A DNA stretch of 64,000 nucleotides from the NCBI RefSeq assembly GCF_030684315.1, contig NC_081369.1, positions 9,648,035 to 9,712,034 on the forward strand, written 5' to 3'. The DNA is from Stegostoma tigrinum. Lineage: Eukaryota. The position numbers were made by a program, and so were the translations under genes. Positions 13,482 to 25,300 of the stretch are shown here, one piece after another (within the stretch, counting starts at the first letter, position 1; each line of letters starts with the position of its first letter). The notes beneath the pieces are model-generated. The model saw nothing but the letters and a program-made list of their open reading frames with translations, was not told the origin of the DNA and did no database searches.

Positions 13482-15749
13482 CTTAAGTTGGTGCCAGAAA
13501 AAAAAGTAAAGCAGCGATGAAAGTTGCATACTTCGGAGAAAGTAATGCATGACACGAAAAAAATGCAAAAAAGGCAATGGAGAAGTATGTACATCTAATT
13601 GGAGAGTACAGAACCCTGAATGGAATTAAAAATGAAATTCATATGAAATAAAGATGTTGAATTTAAGCTATTCTGATCAGCAGCAAATAAATTTTAATGC
13701 TACCTGGCCATACTATAATCAGAATAAACTTGAGTTGAACTACAGTTCTCACTGGCTCATTGTAACATTAAATAAAGTTAATTAGCAACTTGCTTAAATC
13801 GACTGTCATGCTCTAAATGGTTGGTTTGAGAAATGAGTTTCGTAGATTAGTATAGGAAGTGTGTCACCAAGGCATGAGAAATCACGTGATGAGCATTATA
13901 TAATCTATCCTGGTATCTTGAGCATTGTGGAAGTTGGTGGCTCCCTTCTGTTGCTCGCTGAGAAGCTTTCAGTCTGAAATGAATTTTTTTTACCAGTTCA
14001 TGTGGCACTTTATTGCAACAATCTTCCCTATTGACACAGAACATTGAATATTGTCTGAATGGTGAAAGTATCATCTCTGTTTGCAGGTATAGGCAGCTGT
14101 TAAAGGGATATTTGGCCCTGGGCACTCCGCTTTCTGTCTGACCCTGATATTGAACAGTGTTCCTGCACAATTTATTTCAGAAATCATAGGATATCAATTA
14201 CATTCAGAATTGTGCTCGTTTTAAGCACCCAATTCACTGTTATAGGCACTATGCAAAAAGTCCTGATGTAAAACAAGCAAATTTTACGGAACTGTTTGTT
14301 GATACCTGCAGACAAAACTGTAGTTGAAAGCTAACGAGTTTAACCTTTATTTAGTTGATTGCAACAGGGAAGCCGATTTCAACAGATCAAAAACATTCAT
14401 TTCGGCTCCATCATGCAGCATGTTTCATTTCTCGAACTTCCTTTGCTGCGTGTAAATTGATCCTTATCAGAATTCTGACATTATTCAGGAGTCTTGCTTC
14501 CAACCACGTCCATGTGAGCTTAGTAAAATTTTGGTAAGAGCAGGGCCAGTGTCAGTAATGCCAAATGTGATAGCAGTTTAGTTAAGTGCAGAGAATAAAA
14601 GTGCACAAATCTTGATTCATATCTGAAGTACGCAAGTGAAACCCAGTCTCCCGTATAAAGCAGTACGCAATACTATCCTTCTCAATTTTTCCCATCGCTT
14701 GAGACGTGGTGACCGACAGGTTGAAACTACCGTCAGTCAACTATCTCTAATAATAAAGCAGCCGTATGGTAAGGCTATGGCAACTTAACCTCTTACCAAA
14801 TATGGCAAGGTTAATTCATGAATGATTTAGGCAGCAGAAGAGTGATTGCAGGCTAGTTTAATGCATGTACAAATGAACAGATTGTAAATTGAGCACTTTC
14901 AGCAAACATATTTTCATCTTTAGTTTGCTGGTGGTTTTTGAGTTAATCGATTTGCCACCAAATCCTTGAAGTTTACTGGCTACAGAATGCATCACTTTTC
15001 GTCTTCACAGTACGTGCCACGTTCAACAATTTTTGGTTAGCACTGGGGCCACGTGTACACCAGAAAGAAGGTGATCCATTTATTTTATTGTTACTTTATT
15101 CTTGAGTAGCTACAACGATTGAAATAATCTGAGTGTTTTAAAATAGCATTTCAACAGCTGCAGTGTCAGGTTAACAGTGAGCAAGTATTTTCATGTCTTG
15201 TCATGTTCACAAAATAGTCATCAGTTTTTGCTAATCACACTTCATGCTTCTTTTTAAAAATGTTTTTGAACTGATTTCAAATTCTGATTTCCACTTCATC
15301 CAATGACAATCTTACTCAAACACTTCTCTGATCATTCTTCGTTCAGATAACAGCAGGTCAATGTTTTGACAATTTCACAGTCTCAGCAGTGAACCTGTGA
15401 GTAAATTATTCTTGTGAAAACGTATATTGGAGGATTCATCATATACGTCATTTTAAGAGTGTCTTAGATTTCATTTTTATGTCAATGTAGATCCATTCAC
15501 CATTGATACTGTGCTGAATGGTGCTTGAAGCAGACAAAACATGTGGAACATCATCATCACCACATCAAGCATGATTGACCAGTGGAATTTGCAGCTCTTG
15601 AATCCTGCAATGTGCAGATAGGAAAGATTTTTAAAAAAATATTCTGTTTTTTTGTGCACATTAAGTCCTGGGACAGGATTCAAACCAAAATGAAAATGCA
15701 GCCATTCACAAGACATCACAAATTCTCCCGGAGGAAGGCAGCAGAGTGG

Positions 15750-18700
15750 TGATGCTGATTACTGACGTGGGGAAGATTTTCTTTGGTGAAGTTGTAGACA
15801 GTAGTTTTAGAGATGTGGTGACTCAAAGGTACAGGCAGATAGTTGAGTGAATGCTAGAAGGGCAGGTAGCCAGTGCAGGAATCCCCTGTGGTAGTCCACC
15901 TCTCCAACAAGCATACCATTTTAGGTACTGTTGAAGGGAGGAGGATGACCTATCAGGGGTTAGCAGCAGCAGCAGCCAGGCAGGTGGCACGGCAGCTGTT
16001 CTTAAGTAGGGAAGGCACTAGAGCAGTAGTTATAGAGGGGTCTATAGTTTGGGGCACAGATAGTTGCTTCTGTGGGCATAAAAGAGACTCCAAGGTGGTA
16101 TATTGTCTTCCTGGTCTCAGGGTTCAGGGTGCCTCTGAATGAGCATAAAGTAGTCTGAAGGGAGAATTTGAACAGGCATATTGCTACATATTGGCACCAA
16201 TGACATAGGTAGGATGAGTGATGAGGTCCTGCAGCAGCAGTTCAGGGAATTAGGTAGAAAGTTAAAAAGCAGGATCTCAAAAGGTTGTAATCTCAGGATT
16301 ATTCCCTGTACCATGTGTCAGTCAGGCTAGAAATATGAAGATAGTTAAGCTTAATACATGGCTAACACATGGTATAAGAAGGATGTTCTCAGATATCTGA
16401 ATCATTGGGATCTCTTCTGGGGCAGGTGGGACCTGTACAAGAAAGATGGGTTGAATCTAAACTGGAAGGGCACAAATGTCTGGCTGGGACCTTTGCTGGT
16501 GTCACTCAGGAGGATTTCAATTAGCTTAGCAGGGAGTGGGAAACAAAGCAAAGATGAATTGACTGGAAGGGAAGAAAATAGCCCAGTAAGACTCAAAGGA
16601 AAAGCATGCAGGGTGTGGTTGCTTATCAAAGCAGGTTTGATGGACTGAAGTGAACCTATTTCAATGCAAGAAGTGTAACAGGCAAGGTAGATGAATTTAG
16701 AGCTCGGGTTAGTACTTGGAATTATGATATTGTTGCCAATACAGAGACTTGGTCAAGAGAGGAACAGGATTGGAAGCTTAATGTTCCAGGATACAAATGT
16801 TTCAGTTGGGTTAGTGGTGGATGTAAAAGGGGTGGGGGAGTTGCATGACTTGTTATGGAGAATATCGCAGCTGTACTGCGGGAGGACACCTTGGACGAAC
16901 CAATATAGGTAGAGCTCAGAAACAGGAAGAGTGCAATCCCAATATTTGCGGTTTAAAATAGGCCTTCCAACAGCCAGTGGGAGATAGAAGAACAGATATG
17001 TCGGCAGATTTTGGCAAGATGTAAAAGTAACAGAGTTTTGTTGTGAATAAAAACTAAAGACCTGCGGATGCTGTAAATCAGGAACAAAAACAAAGTTGCT
17101 GGAGAAGGTCAGTAGGCCTAGCAGAACCTGTGAAGGGAAAAAAAAGAGTTAACGTTTTGGGTGTGGTGACCTTTCTGAAATATTAACTCAGTTTTTTCCC
17201 TTCACAGATGCTGCCAGACCTGCTGAGCTTCTCCAGCAACTTTGTTTTTGTTTCAAGGTTATTGTTGTGGGTGATTTTAACTTGCCATATATTGACTGGG
17301 ACTGCTTTTTAATTTTCTACCTAACTCTCTGAACTGCTACTGCAGGACCTTGTCACTTATCCTACCTATGTCATTGCTTGGGGTGAAGATAAGGAAGAAT
17401 TTGAAAGGCGAATCCAGAAGGGACTTTTGAAACAGTATGTAGATAGTACAAATAGGAAAGTGGCCGTAATGGACATAGTATTGAGGAATGAGCCAGGCTA
17501 GGTGGTTGGCATCTCAGTGGGGGAGCAGCCCAGGAACAGTGATCACAGTTTAGTAAGCTTTAAGACACTGATAGATAAAGATAAGTGTAGTTGTCACATG
17601 AAGATACTAAATTGTACGAAGACCAATTACAACAACATTATGCTGGAACTGGAGAATTTAGGTTGGATGCAGATGCTTGAGGCTAAATCAACATCTGGAA
17701 TGTGGGAGGCATCCAAGTGTATGTTGACAGGAACCCAGGATTGATACCAATTTCTTGTAAGGATGAATGATAAATATGGCAAGCTTAGGGAACCTTGGAT
17801 ATCGAGAAATATTGTGAGTCTAGTCAAAAAGGAAAAGGAAGTATTTGTCAAGGCTAGGAGGCTGGGAACACATGTGAAAAAAATAAAAATCGAAAGAATC
17901 TTAAGAAAGGTGTCAGGAGGGCTAAAGAGGGTCATGAAAAGTCATTGGCCAACAGGATTAAGGAAAGCCCCAAGGCTTTTTATACATATATAACAAGCAA
18001 GCGGGTACATAGGCAGAGGGTTGGCCCTTTCAAGGACAGAGAAGATAATTTATGTGTGGAGACAGAGGAAATGGGCAAGGTATGAAATGAGTAATTTGCA
18101 TCAGCATTCACCAAAGAGAAGTACTTTGTGGATGATGAGTCTGCAGAAGGATGAGTAGATAGTTTCAGTCATGCAAAGTTCTAAACGAAAGAGGCATTAG
18201 GGGTGTTGAAAAACATTTAGTTAGACAAGGCTGCAGGGCCTGATGGGATATGCCCCAGAATACTGAGAGGAGCAAGGGAGGGAATTGCGGTGGCCTTCCA
18301 GGAAATCTTTGTATCCTCACTGGCTATAGGGAAGGTCCCAGAGGATTGGAGAATAGCCAATGTTGTTCCTTTATTTAAGAAGGGTGTCAGGCATAATCCA
18401 GCTAATTACAAGCTGGTGAGCATTATGTCACTGGTAGGGAAATTATTGGTGAGGATTCTTTGAAACACAATTTATTCCCACTTGGAAATATGTGGGTATA
18501 TTAGCAAGCCACAACATGGTTTTGTGAGGGGTCGGTAGTATTTCATTCAACTGATTGAGCTTTTGAGGAAGTGACAAAGATGATAAATGAGGGTAGGACA
18601 GTGGATGTTGTCTACATGGACTTCAGTATGCCTTTGACAAGTTTCTTCATGGCAGACAGATACAGAAGGTAAATTCGCTTGGGGTCAGAGATGAGCTTGC

Positions 18701-18862
18701 AAGGTAGATATTAAAAAAAAACTGGCTCAATCATAGAAGACAGAGGTAAGCAGTGAAAGGGTGCATTTCTGAATGGAGAGCTGTGACTAGTAGCTTTATT
18801 CTGGGATCAGTGTTGGGTCCTTTGCTATTTATAATATATAGAAATGATTTGGAGGAAAATGT
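15750..18862 (+). mobile_element. Long degenerate CR1 LINE: ORF1 esterase remnant plus ORF2 APE and partial RT
   Basis: ORF1 remnants IEGSIVWG (GDSI-like), CLPG, HIGTNDI and DGLNLN. ORF2 remnants GDFN, SDH, EPW, GPDG, QHGF and VYMDFS. Many stops. Confidence 0.85.
17047..17254. mobile_element. Penelope-derived hairpin nested in CR1
   Basis: Inverted arms (aacaaaaacaaagttgctggagaag / cttctccagcaactttgtttttgtt) interrupt the CR1 APE just before VVGDFN. Confidence 0.75.
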
Positions 18863-19225
18863 GAGATAACAAGGTGTAGAGCTAGGTGAACACAGCAGGC
18901 CAGGCAGCATCAGAGGAGCAGGAAAGCTAACATTTCAGGACTAGACCCATCTTTGGAAATGAGAGAGAGGAAGGGGACTCTGAAATAAATAGAGAAAGGG
19001 GGCGAGGCGGCTTGAAGGTGGATAAAGGAGCAAATAAGTGAAGAGGAGACAGACAGGCCAAGGAGGCAGGTAGGGAGCCAGTAAAGGTGAGTGCAGGTGA
19101 AGAGTTAGGTTGGGGATTGGTCAGTCAAGGGAAGACAGGCACATCAAGGAGGTGGGGATGAGGTTGATACATAGGAGTTGGGAGTGAGAGTTGGTCAGTG
19201 AGGTGGGAGGAGGGGATAGGTACAG
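18863..19225 (-). mobile_element. Penelope-like 3' fragment truncating the CR1
   Basis: Same terminus and purine-rich UTR as the copies at 5931 and 60310. Confidence 0.75.
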
Positions 19226-22200
19226 CAGTCTCCAGGTGAGCCAATGAATTGAAAAACATCTATATGACAAAGTCAGCCTATTCATACCGTCACTCATAAG
19301 CATAGGTTTCCACTTAGAGCTGATTACATTCCCCTGCAGGGAATTTAGTCCTCTTGCAGATGTTGGTGGTATTTCCACTTCACTGGCCCCATCATAACAT
19401 TAACCCATACTTTCATGTCTTCCACCTGAAGTGTTCACAACTTATTTAAAGAATCATTGGTGCAGATTATTTGAAGAGTGGCATTGCATTGAGATCATTA
19501 ACCCAATTCTTGACGATTACAATAAAAAAAACTCTACCTCTCTCATAGGACTCCCCACCAGGCTCCTTAACATTCGGTAGTAATTACTATCACACTACTC
19601 ACTGGCTTATGGGACATGAACCCAGGTTTTATGATTCAGAGGAAGGGACTCTAGCACAATGCAACAGGATATTGAATGTGTGCATACATATTGTAAAATG
19701 CTTCTGTAGAAGGGCAGACTTGAAACTGGAGCAATTTACTTAATTCAAGGGATAATGAAACTGCACCACATGGCCAAGGTGGGCCATATTTTCTATTTGA
19801 CAGTTCCCCATAGTGGAGGTTAGACGGGGGAAGATAAACCACGCCATATTTTCACAGTAGTCAGTTGATGTATTTTGCGAATAACTGTCCAGCATTACTG
19901 ACAGCTACTTCAGCAACTCCCATGAAAGTTTAAGTAAATTAGCAAAGTGTGAGATTTGATTGTCAGGAACGTGGGTATCAGGAACATTACCCAGTAGAAA
20001 AGCTGCTGGTTGGGTTGGGTGTGAGGATGTCACGAAGACATGCTGACAAGCAAGTAGGGTGCAACATGTACAGAGTGCGAGTTGGTTATGGTGCCACTTG
20101 TAAAGGAAAGATGTTAATAGTTAAGCAGAGAAAAATGTGATTGGGTGACAAGTCATAGTGTGTCGCATCGGTGCATGGTCAGGATGCAAGCAGGATTCCA
20201 ATGACCTAGGTATATCTGGTGCCAGGTAGGCAGACTTCAAGGTGCCTATGGTCAGATTGCCATATAGGTAAGGCATCTGGTAAATAGGATTTAAGTTGTT
20301 ACAGTGTCAAAGTGGAAGGTCTAAAAAGGACAGTTAATGGAGTGATAATTCGGTGGGAAAGCAATATTGTGTTTGGAATGGTGTGGTTTCAGGTCTCATG
20401 TGAGAGACAATTATTGGTTTCCTCAAGGACAATGGTCTCTGAGCGGATGAGAAACACTCTCAGAATACTGTGTCATAGGGTATCAGGTTCTGGGTGCAGA
20501 AGGATTGGTGAATCCTTGGATTGTAGGTGTTTGATCTTGATAGTAGGGGACTTGAGCTGCGTGTAAAGTCCTAAGTCAAGAACACAATGTTGGCTGGCAG
20601 GGCGCTGGTGTGCCCCAAGACAAAGTTAATTGGTACGGTGCAGAGACGAGGGCATTAGTGTCCCAGCCTCTGGAAATAGTGTGATTTTGCCATGGAAGGA
20701 TAGCAGTGTCATGCAGTGGCAGTGGGTGATTTGCGACCGGAAATAAGGGGTGTTTCAAGCACCAGAGCTTGAAGGGAGAGGTTGTGCTTGGCTCCATGCA
20801 AGCGAGTCAAGTCTGCTCCTATGATAACAGATCTTCATCAGACCTTGTGGTGTCGGGGGTGTTGGAACCAACATAATGAATGAAGTATTTTGGGTTCTGT
20901 TGAGGGTGGGTGCTTTCTGGTCTAGGATTGAGAGCTATTAGATGGCAGGTGAAAAGACTTTGTTCTCTCTGGTGAAGAGTGGAGAGTTTAGAGTTCAATG
21001 GTGGGTAGTATTCAAAGCCAGGAGGGTAGAAAGTTCACAGTTCCCTTCGGGATGGGAGAGGTCAGCTGCTGAGTAGAAAGGAGACGCGCTTGGACAAAGG
21101 CTGAGAATTCTATACTGCTGCATCCTGAATCCTTATACCTTAAATTAACCAGGGATGCGAAGTGGCTTTTCATTGCATTTTTTTCAGATTATATGTTAAT
21201 GTATTTTACAGCACTTTAAGTTGAAAATCATTGTTCCTTGCATTAAATGGTGTGCAGATACACAAGGCCTCATTGACTGTTCTACCTTCTTGTCCATGCC
21301 CAGTGACCCAAATTAAGGATGGTAATATAAGGGGTGTGACTGCCTGTTGAATCATAGCGCCAAGGTAACTCTCGCCCTCTGTGGTGTGTAGTAGGGTTCA
21401 AAGCTCAGACTCCAGCCCATCAACTCAAGCAACTAACACTTGTTACAGATCATGTCCTTCTGAACTGCTACAGAGTCCACTATCTCGAACTCCATTCAAT
21501 TGCAGCACATTTCTGACGCTGAATCTCTGTTTCGTTTTATTGTTATTTAATGTATTTATTATATTTTCGACTCGTATTTAGTTCTACAATTTCTTATATT
21601 AACATTTTAATCTAAATTCAACTTTGAACACGTATTTCAATTCGTTACTTATCAGCGAATATACTTACAATTTTCCTATGATGTGTTATTGTGAGAAAAT
21701 TCCTGCATTCTGGCTTAAATCCTCGAAATGTTTCTTATTTCTACTCCAATCAGTTGCTTCCTGTTTCCGCATGTTACCTCTTGGATCCCAAATCCAACTA
21801 CCGCTGGATTCAGTGATGGCCAGTTCTGCTCCCGCTGCTGTTCCAATTGAACTGGGTCTTGCCTTACCCTTCAGGCTTTTATCTGGAAGCACTTCTGGTG
21901 CCGGCCCACCCCAGACCTGGTTGTGCTCTGGCAGAGCTCCTCAACCACATAATGATTCGCCAGCTGTTCACCACCGATCACCATGCTTGTCGCACTGTCC
22001 TTTGTCGACATGAAGCAAAACTGACTCCAGAAGTATCAGGAAATTCAGCAGAAGAAAAAGAAAATCATTACTTCGTCTTACGCTGCAGTCTCCATTACAA
22101 ATGTAATTCTGCATATCAATTCTTGAGGCGGTTAGAACATTCCACTTAACAAAGCACAATTTGAAAACCCACTCTTGCCGGATGTGAAATGTCATTGTAA

Positions 22201-22291
22201 CGTCACTGATTAAAAAAAAGAAACGCCTACCTATCTTTTCAATCATTGCACATTTGCATTTGCAGCAGAGAATCAACAATTTGAACAAAAA

Positions 22292-22346
22292 ATGGCAACG
22301 AGTATCATGCTTCTTTGCGTAATTTTCCGGGGCATCATTCAGACAG
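22292..22346 (+). CDS. Gene B exon 1, signal peptide MATSIMLLCVIFRGIIQT
   Basis: ATG in the context aaaATGG, hydrophobic core, phase-1 donor ACAG|gtgtca, 172 nt upstream of the V exon. Confidence 0.75.
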
Positions 22347-25300
22347 GTGTCAGTTCTTTTTTGTTATCTTTTGTTCATTTTTCCGATTTCTTTTTATCTA
22401 TACAGCGTACGAAGCACTTGCTGCGTTCACCTAGCTAACTACAATTTATCAATCCAGATACGTTTTCACCTTCATGCCTTGTCTAATGCTGTTAAATGTT
22501 TGATTATATTTCTGATAGCTGCGGAAGACTCTTCATTCACTGTGTCTCAAGCACCTAAAGAAGCGAAGGTATTCATAGGACAGAATGTCACCCTTTACTG
22601 CATTTTTCCGCTGTCTCCAGACCAAACCTGGGTACGGGTATTATGGTGGAAACATGGCGAGAATGAATACTTGCGTACAAGCAGAGACAAGAGAAAGAAG
22701 TTTGGCATGGAAGGTAAGGCAAGCGGCTTCTTTCAGCTGCTGGAAGCAACAATCCAAGACGCTGGAATCTATCACTGCACCGTGATCCGCCAAGGAGAAG
22801 TTAGAGGAAACGGAACCGGATCACATTTAAGGGTGTATGGTTAGTTCGAAATATAGGAGAACAAGACTTGCTACATTATATTAATCAGGGATGTGAAGTG
22901 GTTATTCATTGCATTTTTTTCCAGATAATATATGTTAATGCATTTTACAGAACGTTAGTTGGAAAATCATTGTTCTTTGCATTAAACGGTATATAGACAG
23001 ACAAGACCTCAAGCAGTGACAGTGTGAGGATTTGGATGCGAGTTTTACAGTTGACTTTTGACTCACTCAATAATGGAAATGTTAGCACGCGCTTGGGTGT
23101 CACCTCACTGACGTTCAATTAATATAACACAGACAGGCTGTGTCGCTGAAACCTCCCGATGTTCAATTGAACAAAATGTATTACTCCAGTTGTCATGCTC
23201 TGACAGACAGCCATGCCGGCACAATTAAACCTTTTCATTTTCCACCAAGAACGTGTACATCACTGCACCTGATTAGCTATCCAACTTGTTCACCAAGGCC
23301 TACACCTCGAAATGATGTAAACTAAATGCTTGTTCGGAAGTAATTGCCTCTCATGCGGGGAGGAATTCTAAGCTGAAACTTTACAGATTGATAATGTGCA
23401 TTCATTTCTAATGTGTGATTCGTACAAGGCATGGCAATTAAAAAGGATAGGAATTTAGAGTGAAATCACTCTATAGTGAAAGAGTAAAGCAAATTAAATT
23501 GTAAATTAACTTTTTTTCTCAATAGTGTGCAGTAACTTGACTATGCGTTTGTTTTTATTCTGTGATTTGCAGCCGCCCCAACACCACTAACCATTGTCGC
23601 AGGGCTATATAAAGGGAATTCTTCGACGTCTCTGACTCTAAAGTGTGAAACGGCCGCATTTTATCCAGAAAATTTCACCCTTACTTGGTATAAGAATGGT
23701 ATTGAAACTGCATTTGGAATAAGTACCAGTGAAGTCAAAAACGCCGAGGGACTGTATGAAGTTTCCAGTTCATTGGTTGAGACGCAACCTGTCCTCATTG
23801 ACATGAATTATAGCTGTTCAGTATCTCATGTCTCCCTCCAGACGCCAGCTTTTGCCACCCATACAGTGTCTAAATCTAATCCAGGTATGACAGCAACAAC
23901 TTAAGAAGTTTACACGTGTAGTGTTGAATTCATAGCTACAACACACGCCGAGCTATCATGAAGACAGTCCAGGGAAGCATCGTGAGAAGTATCAAGTGCA
24001 CTAAATCCGTGTTTTTGGCTAGAATTCAGTCTGGGCGTACCAAAACTGATGTGTTTCTAGATACTGAAATAGGCTTAGTTCAACCAGCCCTTCCGTCTAA
24101 ATTCCTTTATGGCAGACGCAGCAATAATAAACAAAGTTTCTACTTCCCATTCTAATATTTCCTCACTCGACTGTGGCTGATTTTTTTATAATCTGGGTTT
24201 TATGCTTATGTTGTGTTACATTTTACCTGTGTCCACCTTTTCCTTCTTGTATGAGGATTAACATCGGTAGCGTCAGACATTTTTTTGCGAAATGATTTTT
24301 TGTAATGCGAGTTGCGATACTGCCCCAAGTTCTACTGCTTCCTGTGCAGAAGTCTGAAATTAATCGTCTGGTGAACTTCAATTACCAAGTTCTCAAAATG
24401 TTTAATGGGGATGTAATTCATGATTTCCATTTAAACTGTGCCTGCAATTCGCTACAGTATGCTCCAGTCAATGCATTGCGTTTTCAATGAGCCTCAGTGA
24501 GGAAATCGATCGGCTTTTTTGTACCCAAGTCTCTCATGGATAACAGACATCGCTGCAAAGACAAGCATTTATCGATTCATTAGTTCATTTATGAGGGTAG
24601 ATAAGAGACGCAATATTTGTGTTATTTCCTGCTTGCCTCCAATGTTGTTTGGAAATCTGGCCAGTAGTGTAAAGGGACCATAACAGTATTGGCTTAATTC
24701 TCATACGACTAAGGTTGCCAATATAGGACTCTTTTCTTTAATCGGTCCCCCTGCCTGAGGCAGGTCACCTTCAGTTTAAACAACCTCCAGAGTGATTTCT
24801 CCCGAGTGATGGAACAGCCTGATAAGACTATCGTGACTTTATTGTCCTTACAGTGTCGTTCTGGTCCTGGTAAATATAGTTAAAATACCAAAAGATGATT
24901 TGTAATCGATTGCTGCATTTCAGAACTTTTGTTTTCAAGGAAGAAATGCTGCTCAAAAATTCTCCAAATTTCTTTCTACGATAAGGAATTCTAAGAGTTT
25001 GCTCTTAGAAGCTGTTTGCTGAAGGAAACTTGATTTACCTCACATTTTAAATCCCCATAAAACTTGAAATCCTTAAACCATAGGCCTATTCCAGGTATGA
25101 AAAGAAATTTCACATTTTCGAGGAAGAATTTATTTCAAGTAGGTTGGCTACGAATAGTATTTCGAATTTATTCATTCTTAATGCAGTTAACTAAAATGCG
25201 GAGTGAAACTGCCAGTGTAAACAATTAATTGCCTAGGAGACAAATTTTGTTTCAGGTTCTCCACTTCTTGCTCATTTGTGGGATTTAGGTGTCACTGAAT

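Larger units (their letters stand above)
8884..13752 (-). pseudogene. Gene A: paralogous VJ-C1 IgSF gene, probably a pseudogene
   Basis: V exon 13481..13194 is open: NVSMFC, VFWWR, LHILNV, DFGLYYC, GAGSGSLLTV, donor G|gtaag. C1 exon 9179..8884 is 296 nt (3n-1) with a frameshift at 9072/9073. The leader-like exon 13752..13704 begins with GTG. No TM exon was securely identified. Confidence 0.8.
21145..23011 (+). repeat. About 130-bp diverged direct repeat (21145-21272 and 22881-23011)
   Basis: ttaa.cagggatg.gaagtgg...cattgcatttttt...gaaaatcattgttc.ttgcattaaa...acaag.cctca is present in both copies. Confidence 0.85.

Noticed and set aside
21750-22210. ETS-like (CTTCCTG, CCGGAT), RUNX-like (ACCACA) and CRE-half motifs upstream of gene B
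   Set aside because: Plausible for a lymphoid promoter, but such short motifs are expected by chance and cannot be supported without conservation or chromatin data
22347-22518. Hydrophobic N-terminal extension of ORF 22347..22844
   Set aside because: It starts at the GT donor and is intron 1 read-through; the likely leader is 22292-22346
22538-22544. CACTGTG heptamer (RSS-like) inside the gene B V exon
   Set aside because: It is the coding sequence for F-T-V. No nonamer lies at 12 or 23 spacing, and V and J-like parts are already joined in one exon, so this is not a rearranging Ig/TCR locus.
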